From the human T2T-CHM13v2.0 reference genome, Homo sapiens: a stretch of DNA of 64,000 nt. The notes under the pieces are model-generated. The model was not told the origin of the DNA. It made no database searches and saw only the letters and a list, made by a program, of their open reading frames with translations. This document shows, in pieces, positions 52,418-64,000 of this stretch (the stretch's first letter is position 1; every line of letters starts with the position of its first letter). The stretch is from assembly GCF_009914755.1 (NCBI RefSeq), contig NC_060931.1. One strand, written 5' to 3'. A program made the position numbers and the translations under genes.

Positions 52418-52566
52418 TGCACTTCTCAAACTTTAACTTGCACAGGAATCAACCGGAGGATCTGATACAACGTGTCTGGGGTGGGCCCTGAGAGTCTGCG
52501 CCTCTAACACGCCCCAACAGGGCAATGCCCATGGTGGGTCCAGGGACCCACTCAGGGAGGCAAGGG
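52418..52566 (-). mobile_element. MER5A1-like fragment
   Basis: CTTCTCAAACTTTAAC..GAATCAACCGGAGGATCT..GTCTGGGGTGGGCCCTGAGAGTCTGC..TCTAACA. Confidence 0.65.
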
Positions 52567-53959
52567 CCCATCCTCTCTGAAGAACATCCATAGGGTGAGA
52601 AGACAGATTTGCAGAAGATACTCAGAAGGAAGGGTAAGGAGGGAAGGAAGCCTGTTCCGGCAATCTAAATGCCTATGTGATTCCAGCAGCCCTTGATGCT
52701 CAGGTGATGGCGAGAGGAGCACAAGCTGGGTCTGCGCTCAGCAGAAGCAGGTACACAGCTGCAGGTGCATATGCTAATGGTCATTAACAAGCCCGTCATG
52801 GCCCAATTTCTCTGTCCATCCCACATCACATCATTAGCCAGACAAATCACGTCAGGCTGCTTATTCCAATTGGCACAATCAGCAGGGCCTGATGAGCTGC
52901 AGACAGAGTTTCAGAGCCAGAAAGGACTTTGAGTTGATGGGGCCCAGTCATCCCTTCCAGGTGAGGTTCCAGTTCGCAGGACTAACAACTGTCCTGAAGG
53001 TGGCAAGGGCAGCACTGGCCTTTGATGCAGTGCCCGACCCCTTCCTTTATACCCCTGCTGCGTTAGGAGACAGAGGCAAGACCCCTAATTGTGCCCTAAT
53101 AAGAAAATTGTGCCCTAATAAGAAAATTCCTCCTTGGCTCTTCAGCCAATAGATCAAATTTATGGAAAACAAGAGATTGAATGTTCATAAAGGAAGAAAG
53201 CCCAGGCGGCCAGCAGGGTTGAGGCACCCAGAGCTGGCACGGGGCCTGCACACACAGCAGCCACGGAGGTGCTGCCAAGGAGGCTCCTTTGCAGCCCCCA
53301 ACCCCCATTTCTCAGTAGCTTTCTCGACAATGCCCACCTGCAGTGTCCCCAGTGGAAATGCATTAAGTTAGTTAAAGTAAGGACGCCATGTCAAAATCAA
53401 ATAACAGAAGGCAAATGGGAAAATAAGGTAGCAGCCATTCACCACTTGGTATAAAGTTCATGAGAAAATCCTTCCCTACATAAGGAAATGATCTTCCAAG
53501 TCTCTGCTGGCTGAGCATCTCTGGTGCTTAGGAGACAGAGTGCTTGTGTCCTTTAGGAGAGGAAGATTTGGCCATGAGCCCTGTGAGAAAAGAAGATGCA
53601 TCAAACCTCAAGGTCCCCCTGCATCTTGATGGCACCGTCAGGGTTTCAACTGAAAAATGGTTTATCTATTCTACAGTGCTGTTTCTCCTGAGATACAATT
53701 TGGAGGGGAGATTGAGGGCACAGGTTGCAGGCAGGGTGATGGGGTGGCACAGGGTCGGGGATCTGGAGGTCACCAGAGCCAAGAGCTCAGCTATGGGAGA
53801 AGCAAACTGAGCTGGGGGAATGATGGTGCCACTGCAGGGCTGCAAAAGACGCTGACTTTCACCACTGTCCTCTCAGCTTAATTTCAAGACGCTTGTCAAT
53901 GGATATGATCTCAATTTAGCAAACTGCTTATGAACAGAGGTCCTAGGATGAAAATGATG

Positions 53960-54150
53960 GAACACACAATGTGAAATCGGGTAGGACAGAATCCTAAGCC
54001 CCTCTTGTCACTCTCTGGCTGTGCAACCTGGGACAAATCCCTAATAGTCTCAAGCCTTTTTTTCTCCTCATTTACAAACAAGGATCTACATTACTTTCTT
54101 GCAAGCTTTTTGAGAGGATCAACTAAAGTTATTTCCATCAAGTGCAGAAT
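53960..54150 (+). mobile_element. MIR
   Basis: CTCTCTGGCTGTGCAACCTGGGACAAATCCCTAA..TCTCAAGCCT..TCTCCTCATTTACAAA. Confidence 0.55.
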
Positions 54151-54441
54151 GTAGGGCAGCAAGTGGAGTGGCAGTATTGTGACCAGGGGAGTTCCAGTGC
54201 AGTTCAGTAAAAAGCCTTAATTATGCATGATTAAAACTACAATCTTCTTACTTTCGTTCACAATGGGTATTCTGGAAGAACTTCTTCATGGACTGATCTT
54301 AAGATTTGTTGACTAGTTGGAGTAGGATGGCACCGACGTATCGTCAGTAGCAGAGCTTGTAAGATGCTTAGTACAGTGTGCTGCCTAGGTTTTCAATGAC
54401 ATAGTCTGTCTGGCATTTTTTTCTTCAAGATAGCACTAAAG

Positions 54442-54667
54442 CAGTGGTTATCAAGTGGGGTGATTTTGCCACCTCGCTGAAACCCCTTTCATTGACCCTA
54501 TTTGGCCATGTCTGAAGAAATGTATTGTTGTCAGTACTAGGGTGGTGCTACTGGCATCTAGTGGGTACTGGCCAGAGAGGCTGCTAAATATCACACAATA
54601 GGGGAGACCCCATAACAAAGAATTACCTGGCCCAAAATGTCAATAGCACCATGGTTGACAAATCCTA
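54442..54667 (+). mobile_element. MER20 hAT-Charlie element
   Basis: CAGTGGTTATCAAGTGGGGTGATTTTGCC..GGTGCTACTGGCATCTAGTGGG..AAAGAATTACCTGGCCCAAAATGTCAATAG. Confidence 0.88.
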
Positions 54668-54849
54668 AAGTAATTCAACCAGATAATATTAGAATTATCT
54701 AAGTCTCCTTCAATTAATAGGATATGTATTCATAAGCCTTAAGGAATTTCTCCTAATAGTATTTATCTATTTATATGCATACATAGGTTGCCACTCTATG
54801 ACATTTATTTATTTATTGATGAACATTTGTTTATTACTATTTTTAAGTG

Positions 54850-55357
54850 TATTTTTATTTCTTAGTTGTTTTAATTTTAAATTGATACATATTGTACATA
54901 TTCATTGGGTATATAATGAAGTTAAAATACATATAATATATAGTGATCACATCAGGGCAATTAGCACATGCCTCATCTCAAACCTTTATAATTTCTTTGT
55001 GTTGGGAAAATTAAATATCCTTCTTGTTCCTATCTGAAACTATATAATATGCTATTGTTAACAATAGTCATTCTACAGTGGTACAGAATGCTAGGACTTA
55101 TTCCTCTTGTCTAGCTGTAGTTTTATATCCTTTAATTTTTCCTTCTTCCCCCTGCCTTTCCCTGACTCTAGCATTATCTGTTCTGCTTTTTACTTCTATG
55201 AATTCAGCTTTAAATTTAGCTTCCACATATGAGTGAGAACACAGTGTTTAACTTTCTGTTCCTGGCTTATTTCACTTAATATAATGTCCTCCAGTTCCAT
55301 CGATGTTGCCAAGAATGACAGGAGTTCATTCTTTTTTTATGACTAAATAGTATTCCA
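54850..55357 (-). mobile_element. L1MA6/7-like 3' end
   Basis: ATTGATACATATTGTACATATT..ATCAGGGCAATTAGCA..TTCCACATATGAGTGAGAAC..GGCTTATTTCACTTAA. Confidence 0.82.
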
Positions 55358-55722
55358 AGATACATGTGAAACTACAACTACATGCCTGTAATGTTTCATG
55401 CCCTTCAAAAGTGAGGAAAATAATCAAAATATGTGTATCTCAGAAAAGAGCTACAAACAGTTACACACTAAAGATGTGGACTTTCACATCCAGTTACGCT
55501 TGAGACAAACTGAACTAAAACCTTGACATATTTTTAGACTTTTCCCTAAGATGCCATCAGAATTTCAAACTTGCCAATATCATTTAGTTTGTATTTTTGC
55601 ATTTGTTGTAATGATTAGGTAAGGACCTATACCAGAGGAGCAAAACCCTGTTGAAATGTGAACACCGGCTGTTGACAAGGTTTGCTTCGTTTCCCAGAGG
55701 CTGAGATTAAATCTGTGCTTTA

Positions 55723-56058
<336 letters not shown>

Positions 56059-59000
56059 TTAAGAAATATTTTTTGTTTTCCTACAGCATGCATGCTAGGC
56101 TTCTCTGGAAAACACACCCAACCTCACGTGCATTGTCCCTTGTCTCCTTATGCTTCCATTCCAGTGGAGCAGATGGATGTTTAACATGGAATTGCAGGTG
56201 AGCAGGTGAGGGTGTAGTTTAGCATTATTTGCATGATGCTAATAATCGCAAAGGCAGTAGAAGGAATATCACCAGCTGTCATAGTGTTCTTCCAAAGAAA
56301 AGACACAGAGAGCCCCATGAGTTGAGAGGACCTGTGATTTCTCACGGGCCAAGGAAGTCAAGAGTGTTATCAAGGCAATGATGTGTTTTCAGCGGGCATT
56401 GTGTGTGGAGCAGGAGCACAAATGGACAATTAGGGAAAAATCCTAGTGTTGATCTGAAGCCGATGGCATATTTTCTGCAAGAGAAGCTATGTTCCTTGGG
56501 GGAAACATCCTGTGAAGCAAAACTGAAGTCAGCTACTGTGAAATTTAATTGGTTGCCCCCCATTCCTTAGTGTTGCATTGAATTGTTAGGTGCCACTATT
56601 GCCCATAGTGGCGAGGTCTGGCGAAATCTGCTGTGAGTCATGGCATGGTTTCCTGTACCAGTAAACGAAGGTTCACTGGAGAAATGCTGCATTTGATCGA
56701 TGTATCATCTTAAATCTAGAATGTGGTGCTGCTACCAGACTCTACATTTTCCTTGGGGATATTAGTTGTTACATGCAGAGTGTTAAGCAATAAGCTATAT
56801 TTATTTTTGAAATTTTGGGGTATGTCTTGTTTTCCCTAAGATGCCATCAGAATTTCAAAATAGCTTCTTTGTTCAAGGACCAGATGAAAGCAGCAGTTTG
56901 CCAGAATTTGAATTTCCCTTCACAGCAGCCAGCAGCAAGCCTGCGCAGTGGCCTTTTGTGAACATAAAGACATCTTCAAAATAGAACTAGAGTGTTTTCC
57001 AGGCAGCTTTAGGGAATGAATTGGAGTTAAAAGTGACTTAAACGTCTTGTGGCTAATTTGTTCCTTTTTTTTCAAGTTCAATGATTGGCATTTGCCACTA
57101 TTTACATTCTCCAGAAATAATGATCCAGCTGAAAAATTAAAAACAAATCTCATCTCAAGCACCATTTCTGGGAGTTTCTAACAATGCCTTTTAAATATTC
57201 TTTCCCTCCGGGGCTGAGAGACAAGAAGACTGAGAGAAGATGGAATCTTAGGCTTCCTTCCTTTCCTGCTTGAAGAAAGCGGAGCCAAAAGAGCTGAAAT
57301 TCATAAGAAATTGATTCCTTCTTCATTCAGATCCTTATCGAGAACTCAATTAATGGCTTGCTAAATCTGAGCCTGCTCAATTACATTTCTCGGACCATCA
57401 CTAAAAATTTAAGTATCTTTAATTAGTTTTTATTGAAAAACATAAATAATGTAAGTATTGACTCTCTTGGATTTAAGTTTCAGCTATTGGAAATTGTAAG
57501 GCATTGAGGTACTTTCATTATTGCCTCCAAGTGTCTGGTGAATCACTGTGGGATGGCTTTTTAAAGATATCCTATAAAAATTTCCTGGTCTGTTATACGA
57601 GGTACCGCTAAAAGCATACTCTCCTTGTAATTGTGAGCTTAACAGTTTTAAACTGTTTTCATGTTGGCTGCATGAGGGGAAAAGGAAATCTACATTTTTA
57701 TTCTCTTTTATTCCTTGACCTTGAACAACACCCTATCTCTTGCTGCAAAAGCCTTGATTCCTATGGCTAGAACTCCACGTATTTTACAGGACTGGTCGAA
57801 TGCAGCAAGCTGTCAAGGTGTCAGCCAATCTGCTTCAAGTGGCACAGGACACAGAACACTGACACCTGAGATTCCTAAGTGAGCTGCACTGAGCTCATGG
57901 CTGCCACTCAAGGTTGTTAATCTGTGCTTTACGAGGGTACTTTCTCTGAACCAAATATTTGGTTAGAAGGCTAGAATTAAACTTTCTAATTATGAATTGG
58001 AATGCATTCTTGAATATTTAGCTTTTGGCATGCAAAGCTGATTAATAACCAACCATTCAAAGACAGATTAACTGTTGGAGCTCACCATCCACCCCGCCCC
58101 CCATAACCTGTCTTGCTGTTTGTTTTTCCTTCTGAAACATTCCAGGAAACTCTGGAGGCTTGCAAATTGTCCAGCAACATGCCCGCTATATGATTCCTTT
58201 CCAAATAGCTTGTGCGTTTATATTGAAAATAAATCTACTATTGACTTGTAAGAATAATTTCAGCATTGAAAACCGTGGTTAGGAAATAAAGGCTGTATCC
58301 TGGCATCCTGGCAGTCCAGGAAAGTGGTCTGGTCCTGGAGAAGGGAGGCGGTATGCTGAGTCGTGCTGATAAACTGGTCTGTGCCTTCCCAGATCACAGT
58401 CTCTCTTTCCAGGCTGCACACACATTATTTCTCTGAAGATGGAGCCAGAGATATTTCACAAAGACAGAAGGGTTTATGAGAAAAGAAGAGCAGATAAACT
58501 CATATCTTTTCTCAAAAAGTACTGATAAGCCATGTTTTTCTTACTTGCAATTTTGGAATTGGACATCAGTAGCTCATTCGTTATCCACAACTGTCATTCA
58601 AATCAATTAATTAAAATAATTATAAGTACATCTTAACGATAAAAATAGATTTACTTCTCCTTCACTTTCTTTTAAACGAACATCTTTTACACAGCCACAT
58701 CTAACAGCAAAGATGTATTACATTGTTTAAAATCTTTTGTCTTGTTTGTATCATCATATTCTTTATTTCCTTGGAGTTACTGTTTAGTATTTTAGTGAGA
58801 CTTTAAAAAATGCAATTTCTGTTTGCTGAAAGCCTATCTCTCTCTCTCTTTTCTTCCTTCCTTCTTACTATCTCTCTGCCCTTTCTTATAATTTTTTAAA
58901 GAATACTTCCTTCAACTCTCTCATTGTCTATCCTCTGATACAGGCAATATTACTGTTGTTGGTCATAAAGAGAGACTATTGCAGGAAACAACCAAAATAC

Positions 59001-59613
59001 TTATATTTTGATTTAAAAATTGAATTCCTAAAAAGAAAATGGACACTCTTTCTTGGCCGGCTTATCTCTCAGAGGGAAAGAAACTTATAACCTGACTGAT
59101 TTGACTACAGTTTTTTTATATTGCTTAGCTTTTTGTTTTAAATTGATCAAAGTTCTGACACTTCACAATATATTTCTTCAATGCTTTCACTATCACCTTA
59201 ATCTTAGAATTGTTCAATTCATTGCATACACTAAAATCAATAAAACCTTTGTCTGGAAAAGAATTAAATGATGGTGTGGTCAAATCAGATTTTCCTGTTT
59301 TCAGCTTCTTTTAAAATAGCATCTATTAGGGTTCCTGCTAGTGTCAAAAAGAACTGCCTAATCTTGAAAATGAGAATAAACACGAAGTTGCAAGAATGTT
59401 CATTACAGATCCTGTCTTGTAAGAATATACTCTCTCTATATATGTATACATATGTACCATAAACATATACGGGTATACATGTATATTCCTTGCCTACCAA
59501 TACCATAAATACAATCTAATGTACCATATGAGGTATCTACTATACACATATACTGCTTATCTCTGTGAATAAAAAAATGAATTAATGCTTTCATACCTAG
59601 ACCTTTCAAATAT

Positions 59614-59712
59614 GAACACACCTTACCCTCTGATTGGCTCTCTGGGCTCTGAGTTAGCTGTGGAGCCTGAAAGTGAATCTTCAGAGAGCCAATCAGCGGG
59701 TAAGATGTGTTC
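59614..59712. repeat. Near-perfect inverted repeat: 31-bp arms, 37-nt spacer, CCAAT box in each arm
   Basis: GAACACACCTTACCCTCTGATTGGCTCTCTG (59614-59644) vs CAGAGAGCCAATCAGCGGGTAAGATGTGTTC (59682-59712); 29/31 complementary. Confidence 0.9.
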
Positions 59713-60186
59713 CAGGAAACTTAGCTGCTTTAGCTATGGCACAGCCGATCTTCCATGTACCATGCCTCATACATAGGCTAGGTCAGAAAGCAGAGGCCTT
59801 GAAACTAACTTGAAGATGGGTGGTTGGAACTTCTATGTGCTCTAGGGAGATAAGGACACATTTTGAGGAGGGAAGAGATGTGATTTACATCTGCGCACTA
59901 ACACCAATGTGGAGAATAGCATGGACTTCCTATGAATGTGCCACTAACAGTTCCCACATGTTTGCCCTTTAATGTGCTTAAGACATTGTAGCATTTTTAT
60001 GTCTTGGTTCCAGTAGCCTACTGGTTGAGTCGCAATGGCTCAGGGTCACCTTCTCTGATTTGTCAATTATGCCAGTGTGCATTGTCTTAAGATGGCATGA
60101 AGGATAATCTCAAAATCATTTGTCCATGAAATTCTTTAATGTTGAGTATCTCAGAAGATACATAAGAGACTTAAGTATAACATAAG

Positions 60187-60300
60187 TTTATTCATTCAGT
60201 CAGTCAGTCACTTATCCATTTATTTGTTGATTCATTCCAGAGCTATTTACTGAGCACCAACTATGTGCCAAGCACTAAATAAGGCACTGAGGACACAAAG
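60187..60300 (-). mobile_element. L2 3' tail
   Basis: TTCATTCAGTCAGTC..TATTTACTGAGCACCAACTATGTGCCAAGCACT. Confidence 0.75.
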
Positions 60301-60409
60301 AAACACACTTTGGTAATCAGGGTGAAAACACATCAAAGCCTGAAAAGAAGCCCACTGGCTGTTAGCTACCTTCTAGAAAACCACTCAGATCATGTTTTCC
60401 TCAAATGCA

Positions 60410-61140
60410 CAAATTCAGAAATAAAAGAGGACATATTACAACAGATGCCTCAGAAATAAAAATGGTCATAAAGAAGGCCTATTATATGACTATTATATAT
60501 CAACAAATGGGATAATGTAGGAGTAATGGATAAATTCCTGGAAACACATAACCTATCAAGATTGAATTGGGAGGCAATAGAAAACCAGAACAGATCAATA
60601 ACAAATAAGAAGATTGACAGGGTAATTTAAAAACCTTCCAATAAGGAAAAGCCCAGGACTATATGGCTTCTACCAAACATTCAAAGGAGAAGTAATACCA
60701 ATCCTTCTTAAACTCTTCCAGAAAATTAAAGTACAGGGAATGCTTCCAAGCTCATTTTATGAGGCCAGAATCACCCTGATATCAAAGTCGGACAAAAGCA
60801 CCACAAAAAAAAAAAAAAAACAAAACTGCAGGACAATATCTCTGATAAACATAGATGCAACAATCATCAAGAAAATACTAGCAATCAAGAAAATACTAGC
60901 AAACTGAATTCAACAGCACATCAAAAAGATTATACCCCATGACCAAGTGGAATTTATCTCTGAGATGCAAGATTAGTTTTATATATGCAAATAAATCAAT
61001 AAGATGTACCACATTAATAGAATAAAAGATGAAAGCCACATGATCATCTCAACACATGTGGAAAAAGAATTTGATAAAGTTTAACAACCATGCATGATAA
61101 AAAAAACTCTCAACAAAATAGGTATAGAATGAAAATTTAT
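60410..61140 (+). mobile_element. Older L1 (L1MA-class) ORF2 fragment, interrupted by the L1PA insertion
   Basis: Decayed ORF2: GGAAAAGCCCAGGAC..CTCATTTTATGAGGCCAG..ATAAACATAGATGCAA..CACATGATCATCTCAA; many stops and indels. Confidence 0.85.
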
Positions 61141-61505
61141 TTACTATTATGTAATGGCCTTCTTTGTCTCTTTTGATCTTTGTTGGTTTAAAGTCTGTTT
61201 TATCACAGACTAGGATTGCAACCCCTGCTTTTTTTTTTGCTTTCCATTTGCTTGGTAGATCTTCCTCCACCCCTTTATTTTGAGCCTATGTGTGTCTCTG
61301 CACGTGAGATGGGTTTCCTGAATACAGCACACTGATGGTCTTGACTCTTTATCCAATTTGCCAGTCTGTGTCTTTTAATTGGAGCATTTAGCCCATTTAC
61401 ATTTAAGGTTAATATTGTTATGTGTGAATTTTATCCTGTCATTATGATGTTCGCTGGTTATTTTGCTCGTTTGTTGATGCAGTTTCTTCCTAGCCTCAAT
61501 GGTCT

Positions 61506-62518
61506 TTACAATTTGGCATGTTTTTGCAGTGGCTGGTACTGGTTGTTCCTTTCCATGTTTAGTGCTTCCTTCAGGAGCTCTTTTAGGGCAGGCCTGGTGG
61601 TGACAAAATCTCTCAGCATTTGCTTGTCTGTAAAGTATTTTATTTCTCTTTCACTTATGAAGCTTAGTTTGGCTGGATATGAAATTCTGGGTTGAAAATT
61701 ATTTTCTTGAAGAACGTTGAATATTGGCCCCCACTCTCTTCTGGCTTGTAGAGTTTCTGCCAAGAGATCAGCTGTTAGTCTGATGGGCTTCCCTTTGTGG
61801 GTAACCCGACCTTTCTCTCTGGCTGCCCTTAACATTTTTTCCTTCATTTCAACTTTGGTGAAACTGACAATTATGTGTCCTGGAGTTGCTCTTCTCGAGG
61901 AGTATCTTTGTGGCGTTCTCTGTATTTCCTGAATCTGAATGTTGGCCTGCCTTGCTAGATTGGGGGAGTTCTCCCAGATAATATCCTGCAGAATGTTTTC
62001 CAACTTGGTTCCATTCTCCCCGTCACTTTCAGGTACACCAATCAGACGTAGATTTGGTCTTTTCACATAGTCCCATATTTCTTGGAGGCTTTGTTCATTT
62101 CTTTTTATTCTTTTTTCTCTAAACTTCTCTTCTCACTTCCTTTCATTCATTTGATCTTCCATCACTGATACCCTTTCTTCCAGTTGATTGAATCGGCTAC
62201 TGAGGCTTGTGCATTCGTCACGTAGTTCTCGTGCCGTGGTTTTCAGCTCCATCAGGTCCTTTAAGGACTTCTCTGCATTGGTTATTCTAGTTAGCCATTC
62301 GTCTAATCTTTTTTCAAGGTTTTTAACTTCTTTGCCATGGGTTCGAACTTCCTTTAGCTCGGAGTAGTTTCATCGTCTGAAGCCTTCTTCTCTCAACTCG
62401 TCAAAGTAATTCTCCATCCAGCTTTGTTCCGTTGCTGGTGAGGAGTTGCATTCCTTTGGAGGAGGAGAGGCTCTCTGATTTTTAGAATTTTCAGTTTTTC
62501 TGCTCTGTTTTTTTCCCC
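61506..62518 (-). pseudogene. Decayed L1 ORF1p (C-terminal 186-aa frame open at 61506-62066)
   Basis: KRPNLRLIGVPE..ARQANIQIQEIQRTP..YPAKLSF..HAKL* are L1 ORF1p RRM/CTD motifs. Confidence 0.9.

Positions 62519-64000
<1,482 letters not shown>

Noticed and set aside
52889-52950. CTGATGAG...GAAA hammerhead-like core
   Set aside because: Stem II lacks the closing G-C pair, and there is no compatible stem III/UH site.
53734-53760. Canonical G-quadruplex motif GGGTGATGGGGTGGCACAGGGTCGGGG
   Set aside because: Such motifs are very frequent genome-wide, and there is no promoter context.

Overview
This is human non-coding genomic DNA; two human-specific AluYb elements identify the species. No protein-coding gene, rRNA, tRNA or CRISPR array is recognisable. 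The short six-frame ORFs are chance ORFs or come from Alu, L1 or LTR sequence, and the only real coding remnants are decayed L1 ORF1/ORF2 at 60.4-64 kb. The window is dominated by transposons: about 10 Alu/FAM, several L1s (two with twin-priming 5' inversions), many MaLR and ERV1 solo LTRs (THE1, MST, MLT1, MER41, LTR8, MER4-group, LTR33, MER21), DNA-transposon fossils (MER2, MER44, MER45A, MER5, MER20, MER33), and MIR/L2 remnants. Subfamily names come from remembered consensus sequences and need RepeatMasker/Dfam confirmation. I found no convincing new biological system. The best leads are: an AluYb11-type insertion; a 99-bp near-perfect palindrome carrying two CCAAT boxes; a tight NF-kB motif cluster lying between two copies of a ~135-bp repeat; several short paired duplications 0.35-1.45 kb apart; and two small templated or orphan insertions inside an L1PA element.
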